A DNA stretch of 64,000 bases, from the NCBI GenBank assembly GCA_012295275.1, contig CM022674.1:16616001-16680000 (forward strand). Direction: 5' to 3'. The notes beneath the pieces are model-generated. The model was not told the origin of the DNA. It ran no database searches and saw nothing but the letters and a program-made list of their open reading frames with translations. Position 1 is the stretch's first letter. Every line of letters begins with the position of its first letter. The position numbers and the translations under genes are program-made. Shown in pieces: positions 13,879 through 28,794 of this stretch. This DNA is from Chrysomallon squamiferum (taxonomy: Eukaryota > Animalia > Mollusca).

Positions 13879-14470
13879 TAATAGCTAGCAACAAGACACT
13901 ATAAATATAAAATTAAACAGTTTTCGATAAAACTAAACTTTTGATTGCAGTATTTTTTCTTAGAGGATACTAAGAACATTTTGATCATTGTTCAAGCAGC
14001 CTTTAACATCGTTCAACTTTGCATTAAAGTTTAATTCTTGTATTTGACCCAGATCCGGGGAAAACCGTACCCCAAACATTGTGAATTCTGTAGTCCATTT
14101 TAATTTTTGTTTTGATAAGATTTGTTTTGGTGTGATTAATTTAGTCTTTCCCTAAGTTTATTATATTTGTTTGATGTACATTAACTTTAAGACCAGATAT
14201 ATCAGTAAAATATTTTGTTTCCACAGATGCTCACAGAGTTTTATCAGACCAGCCTAATAGCAATTCATTGTCGTTTATCTCAATCCCGTATGTTCGTTTT
14301 TATTTCTTACCAAGATTCCAAGACTCTCAACACACAAAATGAAAACGCAGTGAAATAACAGATCCCCTTGTCTATATCCTCTGTCACGTTTCAATCTTAC
14401 CATTTATGTATAAACACCATTCCTATTTATTAGAAAAGGGCGATATCCATGGTTGATTTGAAACTCTGAA
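13700..14470 (-). mobile_element. L1/Tx1-clade LINE reverse transcriptase relic
   Basis: Broken frames give RGYRQGDLL..FILCVESLGILVRN (RQGDPLS motif), FTDISGLKVN, KWTTEFTMFGVRF..ELNFNAKLNDVKGCL and LTTNTELRYFQYK (zf-RVT-like). Many stops and frameshifts. Confidence 0.75.
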
Positions 14471-14747
14471 GTTAATATATTACTTCTTGTTGTTGTTGTT
14501 TTTGTATTTTTTTTCTACTTCTACGATATTGTATCAAAAGCTTACTTATTCGGAATCAACAATTAGATTAAGAATAACTTCGAAACACTAAGGGGAAATA
14601 ACTCAAGCTTTCTCTCTATGCAAGTGGTAAAGGAATTATCTCCCACTGTATCAGTAAACACTTTTGTTGTCTGCTAAATGAAGACTGTGAAACACGACGT
14701 GTTTGTTACTGGACATTTACTGTGAATGGTGATAATTAAATAATAGG

Positions 14748-14810
<63 letters not shown>

Positions 14811-15019
14811 TTTGTTGTTGTTGTTGTTGATGATGATGTTATTATGATTATGATTATTATTTATTTACTAATAGGAATTACACTGTATGATCATGATCTA
14901 TCTTAGTAAACTGTTGAAACAAAATAAAGTGTATATTATATACACCGATATGTTATATTGCTCTTGCACTTCATACTTATGAAAGGTTGGTTTAGAAAAA
15001 ACTAATAACAAACTCAGAT

Positions 15020-15236
15020 GGAATGCGGAGATCTGGCTACTCAGAGCTCACGAATCTACTTTTATATGTAGCCTCGCAATTGTATGCGTTGTTGTCTGTG
15101 TGTCTGTCTCTCTGTCTGTGTAATTTAGGATTGAGTAGTTTAGGATTGAGTTATTTAGGACTGAGTAATTTAGGATCGAACGCTTGGTACTCACTCACTC
15201 CGAAGGCGGATGATGTTACCGTTCAGCCATGAAGAC
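15020..15236 (-). mobile_element. tRNA-derived SINE
   Basis: Minus strand begins GTCTTCATGGCTGAACGGTAACATCATCCGCCTTCGGAG..GCGTTCGATCC, with Pol III A box (TGGCTGAACGG) and B box (GTTCGATCC), followed by three to four ~15-bp repeats. The 3' boundary is approximate. Confidence 0.65.
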
Positions 15237-15848
15237 AACCTTGAAAAGGTTGCCCAATAACCGAGGTAATCACCGCTTCCCACAAAGCACGCCGTATTTT
15301 GACTTTCGTATTTTCTGTATGTATCTACGTTTTCCTGGAAACATGGCAATGACAAATGTGTATTTAAGGTTGAATATTCTATTTCTCTATGAGTTGTCTG
15401 CATAATAATTAAGCAGAGTTAGAACCAGAAGGTCTTAAGTGCATATATTAATAAGATATTTTTACGTGCCTTTTCTATGTGTACATATCCGAGTGTTTGA
15501 GTATCTCTGTCTGTCTGTCTCACTCTGAATATATTTCTCTCTATTTCTGTCTCTCTCTCTGTGTCCCCCCTCTCTCTTTCTGTTTCTCTCTCTGTCTCTC
15601 TCTCAGACTTTTATATTTATGTATTTATTTTATATTTATTTATTTAAAAGTAACAAGTTATTTATGTATAACTATATAAAAAATTAGGACATGATAACAG
15701 ATATGTTTGTTAATAAATATTCCATTGTTATAAATAGGTTTAGTATTACGGTTACAGTTAGGGTTAAGATCAGGGCTGGTATAAAATTTATCTTAATATC
15801 AGTTATCCTTCAAGATTATTTCATTTTTTTTTTTATTTTTTTTTTATT

Positions 15849-15916
<68 letters not shown>

Positions 15917-16408
15917 CGCGTAAATATAGACGCAAGAGTTTATATTACCAAGTTGCTCTTCTTTATGACAAAGTTTTTTTTTTTTTTTTTTTTTTTTCGT
16001 TGTTTCTTTAGTGGTAAATGGAAGAAAGAAAACTTTCTAAGTTTATAGTTGCCAAATGTTACCAAACTTATTAAGTCATTCCGGCTGTAAAAAATAACTA
16101 TGGTTATTATTATTAAAACCTTAAAATAAATCTGTTACATTAACATTCATATTCATTGCAGTCTTTTCTCAGTTCATTATTTTCGTTTCTCTACACATGT
16201 ACGTAAAGTATATAATTCAGAAATACTATGTCCAAAACGAACACATTTATAACATAAGAATTCAAAAATCTGGTTTTATTTACAAAAATGTAAACCATGC
16301 CTTATGCACATTAGATATTGCTAGATATGAAATATGATTACAACTAAGATAAAGAACTTAGATCATTTAATATGGAGCTGATGACTCTATTTCATTCTTC
16401 TTCTTCTT

Positions 16409-16483
<75 letters not shown>

Positions 16484-16736
16484 TTATTGAATCTTTATTT
16501 ATTATTATTTTTTAATTTATTTATTTGATTTTATCACTGCAATACATATAGCTTCTTATTATAATTTTTATTTATTTATTTAGAAGAGGACTGATACCAG
16601 TTAATTACTGTATTTATCTTTTGGATCTTATTCTTTTCAAATATGTGGTAAGTCTGATTTATTTTATTTAAGGGTACACCAACCCTAGCACGTGACAAAT
16701 ACAAAGCAGATTCAACAGCTAAGGCTGCAGGCAAGT

Positions 16737-16927
16737 TATTTAAATTTTCTTTCTTTTGTGTTTTCTCATTAACTGTCTCCCTGTCTTTTCTCTCCAGATT
16801 CACAGAAGTCTCACCTTATTAATTTAAATCTTTATTTAAACTTTCTTTCTTTTGTGTTTTTTTATTAACTGTCTCTCTGTCTTTTCTCTCCAGATTCACA
16901 GAAGTCTCACCTTATTAATTTAAATCG
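16737..16927. repeat. Tandem duplication, ~95 bp x2
   Basis: TTCTTTTGTGTTTT..TTAACTGTCTC..CAGATTCACAGAAGTCTCACCTTATTAATTTAAATC occurs twice. Confidence 0.9.
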
Positions 16928-17192
16928 TCTGATGTTGTTTTCAGAACAGAACTGGACACTCTACATGAACTGTGGCTCTGTGATGTTGCCGCTCAGTCCC
17001 TTGGTGACATCACAGATGAAAGTCTTACATAATGCAGGTAAATATATAGGCACTTTATTACCTACACTCCGGGTGTTTTCTGGATCGTCATTTATAAATT
17101 TTACTTGCTACAGGTAAATCATTTCCGACCTTTTCTACCGCATCGGTTTGTTGTGTTTTTTTGTTGTTTTTTTTGTTTTTTTTTGGTTATTT

Positions 17193-17239
<47 letters not shown>

Positions 17240-18549
17240 TTTGTTTATTTATTTATTTTTTTTTTTTTTGTAGTTCTGTCTTTCTTTCTTTTTTACTTTC
17301 TTTCTCTCTCTCATGTTTCTATTTGTCTATAGTCAGACTGAACGAGTATTAATGTTACACAGCATATTATTATGAAATAAATTAGTCAATAATAATAATC
17401 CCTCAAAAAAGGGATAAACTTTCGATAAGAAAATATTTTATTTTCATTGATAATTGTTGTTGATGGAATAGGAAACATACATACATACATACATACATAC
17501 ATACATACATACATACATACATACATACATACATACATACATACATACATACATACACAAACGTACGTACGTACATACATAGAATATTCAAAATCCTAAA
17601 CTACATACTTGCGAATGCCCAGTTTCCCACAAAAAAGATTCACGCAGAAATGACGAATATTGTCTATGTGCAGAGTTTAATCAGACGTACACAAGACAGA
17701 GAACATTCAAAATGCTAAACTACATACAAAGATGAATCTAACAGACCGTACATAAACTTTTAGAGCTGTCACAGAAGAAACCCACAGGACATAATAAAAG
17801 TGGTGACGCAGATCTCGTTGCTGATTTCGAAAGCTTCTCATAAAAGTTGAAGCTTCAGGGCGCCAAAGATTTAGTTCTGCCGATCAGTGATAAAAATAAA
17901 AAGATTCTTTTCGAATAAATAAAGGGAGAGAACTCTACTGGTCCTGTCAAAGAGTTATCTGTTTTAGTTTAGACACTGCAGACGATCGTCGACTGGCGAC
18001 CTTTCGAATTTACGTCTGCCCGGGTTAAAAAGCTACGTTAACATTTCCACTGGTGCAAGATGTTTCTCGTCCTTTTTTGCGAGATTAAAAATTAAAAATT
18101 AAAAAAAAGGAGTAAAAGAAAAACTGAGACTGAACATCTCTACCAGCTGGACAAGTCTGTGAACTAACTGGTCAATTTCCGTGCATCAGTGATCAAATAA
18201 TAATTTAGCAGTAAGAAAGTTAACGGTAATAATAGTAATTTGCACTGACATCGTTTATTTTTAACTATCATACATACAGAATATTTAAATAAAAGATTAA
18301 ATACTTCTAACAGCTCTGTTTATACTTCATGTTAATAATCCGATAGCTGTGACAGTTATTCCACCATGAAAGGTTTAAGCTCGTATTTCTTTGTAAGAAT
18401 TTGTAGTCCTGTTCAAGATGTATACAGAGAAATGAGGTGTATGTACATTCGTCATTTATTTCCTGCAGCCTGAATTCAAAACATAATGATCAGATAAACT
18501 ACCACAGTCTTAAAATACCTGTATTTTTTTTTTTTTTTACTACTTTATT

Positions 18550-18590
<41 letters not shown>

Positions 18591-18687
18591 ACTACTACTT
18601 TATACGTACATACATACATACATATGCTTATTTATTTATATATATTTATATTTATTTATTATTGTTTTATTATTATTATTATTATTA

Positions 18688-18725
<38 letters not shown>

Positions 18726-18750
18726 GTCAATGTTACTACTACAGCTAAAT

Positions 18751-18996
18751 CATAGGTTTATAACCTGGGGGTCGCGAGATCGTTTTTCAACAACTTGACT
18801 TGGAAGGAGAAATAAACAAAAACATGTAGATAGGTTTGGGACCCGTCACAGTGAATATAGATTCCTTTTGTACTGTCTTTGGTTGATGAAAATATGGTAA
18901 CCCTAGATATTATTGATAAATGTTTTTAAAGGGGTCATCTGTCGTATTGAATTGTTCATAAGGGGTCGCGGTATGAAAAAAGTCCGAAAACCAGTG
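18751..18996. mobile_element. Non-autonomous hAT (Charlie-like) MITE
   Basis: Perfect 8-bp target-site duplication AGCTAAAT (18743-18750 and 18997-19004) with central TA, degenerate CA..GGTT termini and subterminal GGGGTCGCG motifs at both ends. Confidence 0.8.
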
Positions 18997-19396
18997 AGCT
19001 AAATGGTAAGTACTATAGTTTACCTTTTATTTATTTTTTTTTATTTTTTATTATTATTTTTTTTTTTTTTTTTATTTTTTTTTTTCAACACACAGAGACA
19101 CACACCTGAATGTAGGTCTCTTAAATCTTATTTCTAAATCCAGTTACTCAAAGTGCAGGTGAATCTTTGCAATAGCGAATACATTAAAAAATATATATAG
19201 ACTATGTTTGCACTTCAAAATAAACTGTTACTATCGGCTACGAACTTTGCTTTTGCTTCGTGACCGATTTTTTTTTTTTCTTTTTTTTTTTTTTTTAATG
19301 TAAATTCATACCACGATATGTTCTTGAACCAACGTTTATTTACAAAAACTGAGTTATTATTTTACCTGTGCGTGACAAAAGGAATGACGCACCCTT

Positions 19397-19596
19397 NNNN
19401 NNNNNNNNNNNNNNNNNNNNNNNNNNNNNNNNNNNNNNNNNNNNNNNNNNNNNNNNNNNNNNNNNNNNNNNNNNNNNNNNNNNNNNNNNNNNNNNNNNNN
19501 NNNNNNNNNNNNNNNNNNNNNNNNNNNNNNNNNNNNNNNNNNNNNNNNNNNNNNNNNNNNNNNNNNNNNNNNNNNNNNNNNNNNNNNNNNNNNNNN
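19397..19596. other. Assembly gap (200 N)
   Basis: Run of N. Confidence 1.
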
Positions 19597-21599
19597 AGAT
19601 ATTTATTATTTATTATATTTTTTGATTTGTATTTTATTTATTTATTTGTTTTTATTACTATATTGTGGCATGAATTTAATTTGTTTTACATGTGTGAAAT
19701 CTCCTTATACATAAACTTCGTCTGGTTATCCCAGCTTTATAAACATTTTCTATTGCCTTTATTACACAGCATCCCATTCTAAGTTCACTAAGTTAAAAAT
19801 GTCACATACATATACCAGATTGTTTGTGTTTTGTTCTTCTCAGATTTTGCTGATGTTCTCATAATGGATACAAGTTGTTTGGCGAAAAAAGTATGGATTC
19901 CTTAACAACAGGTTTTGTGTGTTAAACAGGGCTGAAATGACGACAACTAGTTATTGTTAGAGCAATCAAAACGGTTCATGTTTGTTGGCTTATTTTAGTG
20001 ATATTGGATTTAATATATATGTATGTATGTGTGTGAGTGTTAGGGGAGGTGTGTGTGCATAAACTGTACTTATATATATATATATTAATTAGGTTTCACA
20101 AATGCTTAAAGTGCTTTAAGTAGATATCATAATTTCTAGAAAGATCAGGGTAGATGAAAAATATATATATATAAAATAAATAAAAATAAAATAAAATTTT
20201 CTATGTTATTTGTCTGTTCATATATTATAATTCATTCTTTATTAACATGCGAACACAGTAAAATTTAGGGTATATGCAAAGTTTTAGAGCATGGTGTAAA
20301 TAATAATAATAATAACAATAATGCTAATAATAATAACAATAATATAAGTGATAAATGATAATAATAATAATAATAATAACAAAACGTGGATCATTTGAGG
20401 ATGATGATAACTGGATACATTTTAAATAAAACTGTCCCGTTCTCTGCAAATGTTGAAGCTTGGAGAATAATCATTTTATACTACTGTGGAAGACAGTTCC
20501 TTATTGTGTCAGTATCATACTATCTTGAATTTGATCTATGGAGAACCATTTGTCATATGGACAAAATATAAAAGCTGTTTCCTTTATTTATTTCTACTGT
20601 ATGGTAAATAAGATATTCCAAGACAATATTCATGTTTATTTTTTATTAAAATGGTCTAACTTCAGGTATCTGAAGAGACACTGCACTGGATCTTGCATTT
20701 ATATTAAATTTGATCTAGTTAATTTGAAAACAGTACTTAGGTAACCTGGGATTGTGCTGTTTTGAATAAAATGGAGAAGATTTAGTTTGATTTGTTTGGA
20801 ACTGAGTTCCATCCGGCAACATATTTATCAGTCTAATCTTATTTTGCTCCAATATATTTGCGAGGGGTTGACTTCAAATATAAACTGAACATTTTTATTT
20901 TGCGTTTAGTATTTCTTCGATAGTACAACACACCAAGATGAGCTGGTAGAGCCAACATGAAGTTAGCATGCAGTTTTATTCCTATATATATGTATATTAT
21001 TTTTTCTTTCAAATGGAAGAATATTGTTTATATTTTAATAAATCTTCATGGATTTTTTCTTAGTTACTCTGTATGGTGACCTTCTATGGTCATTTCCGTT
21101 TTGTCAATAATAGAATATATGTATATATATATATATATAGGTCTCACTTAATGAAAAATAGAATATATTGTTCATATAAAGTTCTCGTTTTATTGACGGA
21201 AGGGAAGTCACTCTAGTTTATAAGTAGGTGAGCGAAACAGACGTTTAAAAATTAAATAAAGTACGAAAGAGAGTACAGAATGAAAAATGGTGTTAAAAAC
21301 ACCCCCTAATCGGTATTTTAAACCTAATATAAAAGCTCAGTTTATAAACTATGTCAAAAAATAAAATAAAAATATAGTCAAAATAATAATAATAATAAGA
21401 AGAATAATAATAAATTAGCTAAAATGAAGTTCATATTTAGATGCCCTATTTATAGATTTATTAATGTTATATAATAATAACTTATGTGTGTGATTACAAG
21501 CATCCCCAGCTTCATCACCCCCATCATATGTTGGTAAACTATCCATCTTTTTACATTGTAACTTCTGTTGCTTCGACTTATTCTAATATTGTATTATAA

Positions 21600-23270
21600 C
21601 GTTATCCAGTTGATTTTTCAGGTGTTTCGGAGGCGGTTAAATAATTGACAGTAGTCAGCTTGATGTTGACTTTTGCTAGAGCATTACTGAAGTTAAGTCT
21701 GTCCTTGTCGTATTTAGGACAGTAGAAAAGATAGTGTCTGACGTTGTATAGTTTATGGAATTTGTCGCATTTTTCCATTAGCCTGTGTTGGAGTCTATGT
21801 CTGAAGTCGTTTAGTCCAAAAGTTACTCCCACTCTGAGGCGGGTTAAAGTTTGAGTTGTTTTGTTGTTGACTGAGAGTGGGCTGGGAGAGTTTACTTGTG
21901 GCTTAATGATACAGTGTCGTAGTCTGGTTCTGTTGTCCCAGTCTTCCTGCCAAGATTGTATTAGACTGTTGTGCGCTACGGTCATAATTTCATTACAGTT
22001 GTATTTACTTTTAAAGTCAATTGTTCTGTCTTCTAGGGACGTTTTAGCGTTTGTTTCTGCTAGATCATTTCCAACAACACCCACATGAGCGGGAACCCAC
22101 TCGAAGGTGACTTTGTGTCCTTTTTAAGTGAAACAGCTGGTAATGTCGATGATCTCTTTAATGTACTGGGAGCTGCTAAATTTGAGTTTGAGCAGAGTTT
22201 GCAGTGAGCTGAGGGAGTCAGGATGAATTCATTTTTTTTTTTTTTTGTTTTTTCTCGTAAGTTTGAGTTAGGACCCATTTAAGCAATGTTAGGATAGCAG
22301 ATAGTTCCGTAGTAAAGACGAATAGATTGGTAGGCAGTCTACTTCTGTAGTTGAAGGGTGGGTCGGGTAGTTCTTGCCTGACATGAAAGGACATGCTAGT
22401 TCTTCACGTGACAGGGTTCTAGGAGCCGCCTGTGTATATGCGAGTGTAGTCCGAGTAATAGTCATGTAAGGTTGCTTTAAAGATTCTATTTTTAAATGGG
22501 TCGTGTTCAGTTTTTGAGACTTCATGTCTAAGAGTTAAATGTACGTCTAGCTGTTTTACAGTCCACAGGGGTTCCAAGGGCAGGGGCTTACGTTCTAGAT
22601 CTTAATCCAGTAAATTCAGGCTATTGGGTGTCCTGTGTGTTATATTTAATGATGATTTCATGACGTTATGATATGGTAGGTTATTTGGGATTATTGAAGT
22701 TATAGGGTGGGTTGGGATGAGATTTTTAATTTGGAACCAGTGTTTCAGAGACTGTTTGCTGCACCTAATTTTGAGAGGAAGGATATTTAGTTCCACAAAT
22801 AGCCTGTTAGTTGGTGTGTCTGGGGAGACCTTGGCAATAATGTGTAAAGTGTTATTGTACACGGTCTCCAAGCGGTTGAGCTGCTATTCAGAAACACCGC
22901 TGAACACATGGGATCTATACTGGATTATCGATACTATCCAGTTATGTTCAGTGTTATAGGAGGCTAGCATTGGGATGTGATTACTGCTGATGTTGTTAAG
23001 GACTGTCCATTCACAGTTACATGCCATTCTTTCAGACACTGTTGTGATATCATGGCATGTCATGATTTATACATGAGTGTTTGGTAAGTCCCCACAGGTG
23101 GTTTCTGCTATTGAAATCACCCAATATAATGGAATTATCGATGAATTTGGAGGGAATACTTTTAGTGTAGTGTTCTAATGTTATGTTATTTTGATGTTTG
23201 CCTGGTGTAGTAATTAAAAACGTTTATGTTTTCAGCCTGGCCATGGATTGTTATACAACTGTCTCTATGT
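21600..23270 (-). mobile_element. I-group (RNase H-bearing) non-LTR retrotransposon relic: APE endonuclease, post-RT region, RNase H and C-terminal CCHC-like motif; RT missing
   Basis: Endonuclease: ENINVFNYY, NSIILGDFNSRNHLWG, WTVLNNISSNHIPML. Post-RT: SIIQYRSHVFSGVSE*QLNRLETVYNNTLHII..TP..ELNILPL. RNase H: IYTGGS (YTDGS), VTFEWVPAHVGVVGNDLAE. C-terminus: LTRLRVG..CDKFHKLYNVRHYLFYCPKY. Confidence 0.88.
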
Positions 23271-23857
23271 TGGGATTGTAACTGGTTAGTGGGATGCGTG
23301 AGTAGGGAACTCACAGATGTGAACGTAAGAACAAAAAAACAAACAAACGCAAAACAAAATGTATGTAGGAAAAACTGACATAATTTCATGGACTACTCTA
23401 TCCAGTTAGCAGCAAAGAATCACTGATATGAACCGTCGCACAGAGAGGAGAGTACATAACATGGTCATTATTATACCAGCTGTGAAGACTACCAAATCCA
23501 GCTCTCTTGTAAATAGAAAACTAATTTACTGAATATATATGGCCACAACAGCTAACTCTTGTGCACTTTACAATAAGCTATACAGGAGTTATCTCTCTTT
23601 CATTTATTCATAGATTCTATTGCTATTAACTGATGGAAAATTTATATGTACGATGTTATCCTCTGAAGTAACCCTTTTATTCATACTTTTAGTGGGTTTT
23701 TCATATGAAACAGTTCCTTCATTTTAATGTAGAGAGAGAGAGAGAAGAGAGAGACTGAGACTGAAAACAGGTACAAAATGTGTGCATTGTCTTCCTAATA
23801 GAAAGTTTTACTTTTTCGTTAAACACAAATAATGTATGTTGTGTGTCTGTCTATATT

Positions 23858-23993
<136 letters not shown>

Positions 23994-24104
23994 TATGGTG
24001 AAGTTTAGGATTATTGTTTAACCTCTCCATTTTTTTAATTCGTATTTTAGACACAACCATGCGTTGCTTAACATAGAACGGTTATATATATGTGTGTGTA
24101 TTAA

Positions 24105-24164
<60 letters not shown>

Positions 24165-25279
24165 CATCATCATCATTATATACGGTTATATATTCTAATT
24201 CAAGACCACGTTCCCGAAGATGTCACCATAACGACTTAGTAAAACAAAAGTCGTTTACTTGTCGTTACGATGTCGTTTGAAGTCTGTCGCAATAAAGAGA
24301 ATCACTGTGTCGTTATTTTGTAAACATGTCTGACAAACCAAGTAGATGGTTCAACGCACGCACCAAAATGTCATAGACAGGAACTATAATCATTAGCGGA
24401 TGATGTTAGTGATTATTAGCATATGTTTTTTTTTATGTAGTATGCAGAATAAACGACGAAGTTAACAACTGTTTGTTAATAACATTCATCAAGACACTTC
24501 GAGATCACGAACATCCTGTGAACATATTAACGATATTGCTGTACAAAAAGATGGGTGCGGGAACATGGCCACAGAAAATGAAATTTTTGTTTTCATTTTT
24601 CGTTTCATTTCATCCTGAACTTTTTGCTGTTCTTAGCGATAAAGAAAAACAAAAAAAAAAAAAAACAAAGTTTATGAAATGATGATGATGATGATGATTA
24701 TGATAATACTATTACTACTACTACTAATAATAATAATACTAATACTACTACTATAATAATAAATACGCTAGCGGAAAAAAGACCCCAAAATTCAACATTT
24801 TACACACAGATGTTTGATAACCGATATAGACATACATACAAAAAATGTATTATCTTTCACACACCTACATTCATATAAACATGTGCATTTTCTTTCACAT
24901 GTATAAATACATATAAACGTACATTATTTTTCATACACATAAATATGTGCATTATCTTTCACATGTGTACATGCATATAAAGATATACACTCTTTCACAT
25001 ACTTATATATGCATACAAACATGTATACTATTTTTTACACATACACATACATATAAACATGTACATTATCTTTCACATATATACATACATAAAAACATGT
25101 ACACTGTCTTTCACACACATACACAGATAGCAAAAACTATACTCAGTCTCAAATACAGACATATTCGTACATATCCACTGATTTTACATTCATACACATA
25201 CATACTCCAACACAAACACATTCACACACACCTACGTACATACACAAAAACACACACAAAATCAAAGACACAAAAGCAC

Positions 25280-25764
25280 ATATCTATAAACACCCACACT
25301 AACAGATGTTTGTCATACATAAGCTCAATTACACACCCACTCATGCTTTAACATTTCAAATAGAGGTGAATAGTATATACTGTGTGTAAGTTTAAGAAAG
25401 GGAGATAAGTAAGGCATCAACTAATAAAAAATAAAATACGGGTAATTATATTTTGCAACGATTTTGTTTTGTTTTAACAGTAACACGCTCGCACTCAATG
25501 AAACACCTACACTCAAAAACACACACCAACACACAAACATAAACTGATACATACAAATACACACAGCAACATACACAAATACACAGTGACATACACAAGT
25601 ACACAGTGACATACGCTAAAGTGCGCGCCTTTCCTCTTCTTATAATTTATTTCTTTATATTAACAAAAGTGATAGGTTTACTTACATATTATCCTCAGTC
25701 ACTGCATTATATTTATGTAAAATGTAAAACAGATTAAAAGTAAGTTCATTTTAACAAAAAGGGA

Positions 25765-25825
<61 letters not shown>

Positions 25826-26312
25826 TTCAAAATAATATTAATTTCATCACATTATGTTCTTAATGTTCACAAACTTGTATGTAACATTATAGATTAGTAA
25901 ACAAATCTGACTGTAGTTTAAAACAAACGTGTTGTTATTTCTTCCTTTCAGCCTTCTTATGTAAAAACTGATTGTTAATATTCCGCAACTACCAGCTTTC
26001 TTAGTATGTACTAGAAGCTTTGTCACTACAAACTTATCAACTTTATTAGTATGTACTAGAAACATTGTCACTACAAATTTATAAACTTTCTTAGTGTGCT
26101 ACTACTAGAAACGTTGTCACTATTAGTTTATCAACATTCTTAACATGAACTACTAGAAACATTGATAACTACAAGTTTATCAACTTACTTGTGTGTATGT
26201 TTGTATGTATGTACGTATGTACGTATTCTTAAGAAAAAGTTATGCGAGATTAGATTGTGAGTATTTATATCTCTCTCTTTTCTCTTTCTACATAGATACA
26301 GATACACACACA

Positions 26313-26382
<70 letters not shown>

Positions 26383-26742
26383 CACACACATGTGTGTGTG
26401 TGTGTGTGTGTGTGTCTCCTTGAAGTAGCTAGTCTAATGGCAATCTTACTGAATATAAATCCGTTTTCTTTGTTTTAAGAAAAATGGCTATTTCTGCTCT
26501 GGACTTCATAACGTTATGAAACGAAGGTCTGTAGTCTACTTCGTAGATCAGTGGCGGATATAGAATTTTGGGGAAACATACATACATAGATACAGAGTTA
26601 GATAAACAGATAATGATATGTGTGTGTGTGTGTGTGTATGTTTAAGAAATACTTTTAGATATGTGTGTGTTTGAGCGTATTTATATGTTTAAGAACGTTT
26701 GAATACAGGTATTTGTGTGGTAGACAGAGAAAACGGGTATTG

Positions 26743-26795
<53 letters not shown>

Positions 26796-26900
26796 TTTGT
26801 TTCATGTGTACGTATACAGTGGACTCTGTCAAAAGCGGATTCACTTGGGACCAACCATAAGTGTCGTTTTAGACACAGTGCCGGCACACAAAAATTAAAT
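25280..26900 (+). repeat. ~1.5 kb dispersed repeat, copy 2, with an extra ~160-bp insert at ~26415-26575
   Basis: Colinear with 5040-6560. Confidence 0.85.
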
Positions 26901-28103
26901 ATATGTACTTATAAAAATTGAAATGACATTCATTTTTTTTTTCGTAATTCTCTCTAAAACAAACTTCTCTATCTTGACCTCCAATATTTAAAATTCTGGT
27001 TTCGGTAGCAGGAACGAAAGATTTAATTTGTTTTATCATTTTAAGAATATCAGTGTAAGAATGTTCGGTCGCTAGGTCATTGTGTGTGTCATCGATCCAT
27101 TCAAATTTTTGAAGGTGTCGGTCGTTACTCTTTGCCGAAATGTTAGTCTGGTACAATTGTTGCTAATGGTCACTATGTTTTATAATGTCAAACATTTCCT
27201 GTCTTCATATTTTAAATTTCATTAGTATTAGTATTAACCCGCGGCAAAGTCTAGTCTCTTCTATTTATTTATTTATTTAATTATTATTTGAAACAGATCA
27301 CTTGAAAGTTGAATATCGATACATTTTGGCTCCATTTTGTCCAACGGTCTACTGAACACATTCTGCGATCAGTCAGTGGACTTTCGTTATTTCTGTCAAA
27401 TGCATTGTTTAGTGTTGTGATTAGAGTTTGACAATAAACACAGTTCTTCTAAACTTGTATACGAATTAATTTTCTATTATATTATACAGTTTCTATTATA
27501 GACGCTATTTATACCTCTTACAATCAGTGTGAAGCAAATTTTAGTTACTTGTTCTACTCGTAGATGCCATTAAGGAATGTACGAATTGTAGGTAAGCCTA
27601 TGTCAGATATTATGCGCTCTTTGCTAAATGTACTAACCGGCTATCATGTGGTCAATTTTGAGACAAACAAATCAGTTGAATCATGGTTGCCAGCTTACAA
27701 TTTGCATTTGTTACTGAAAATGATATTCATGGTACTCTAAGAAATTTTTGCTCGAAAGTTAAATTAAAAATAAACTGAACTTAATACCTTAGTAATTAAT
27801 TTTCAAAACTTGATTTATTTTAGCTTGAAGTGTAGATTAGCTGAGTCAGAGAAAACATCTACAATGGCCAGATGATAAGTAACGTTTGATTGCAGTCAAG
27901 TCACAGCAAGTATAAAGCTAAGAAAACTATTTTGTGTTTCTCTTATCAATTATCACACCTGTGCCTTCAGTTGTCTTTTTTTCATGATTTCAGACAGTTT
28001 ATTGCCCATAATTAGTACCTGCAACATCTTTCTGGAGTGTACTCCAACCTTTAGCCGCAGTTTGTGTATTGCAAGGAGTATAGTTAAATATCAAATAGTT
28101 TAA

Positions 28104-28159
<56 letters not shown>

Positions 28160-28794
28160 TTTTGTAACTTGTAATCACCAAATACTTAACATAGTGCGTA
28201 TGTAAAGAAAGATATTTATTTATTTTTTTATTTTGTTTTTTGTTTATCACATCTATGTCTATCTGTGTCTACTCTACCACACTCACACTTTTTCTTTTAG
28301 AATTGCAAAAAAAAAAAAAAAAAAAAAGAAAGAAAGAAAGGAAAAGAAGAAAGAAGAAAAAGAACACTATTAATTTTTAATACAAATGAATAAAATGATT
28401 CTAGAACAGCAACACGGTGACCGCGGGCAGCACGTCGCCCTAAGAATCACACGAGTCGCCCGCAGACCTGTTCCTAAAATAGCACAACACGTGTGAAGTT
28501 TAAACACTTACTCAGATCCATAGAATTAAAGCTTCAATATCGATATTATCTGTATCCAACCTTGTTAAGTCATTGGTGATCATTACTGTGAGAAATCGTT
28601 AACGTGATCAGTGTTTTCACATAGATGGGTATCATTAATAATAATATATAACTAAAGATAAACTGAACAAATTTGTTATTTCAGAAGAGTGTAACAAACT
28701 GATATCCCTTCCTATGACTCAGTACCTATCAGCTAACTCTCATGTCTAATAATTATAATAATACAAAAAAACGAATTGGTCAACATTTAAAGAA

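Noticed and set aside
15170-15236. tRNA gene
   Set aside because: A and B boxes are present but no complete cloverleaf or acceptor stem; better explained as a SINE head.
16576-16803. LYLSRAR resembling helicase motif VI (PIF1/Helitron)
   Set aside because: Isolated match with no other helicase motifs; it could equally be a LINE C-terminal 'RLRVG' relic.
20400-20900. Possible LRR/Toll-like relic (NCPVLCKC.., FDLFGTEF)
   Set aside because: Too many stops and frame changes to support by eye; needs a frameshift-aware search.
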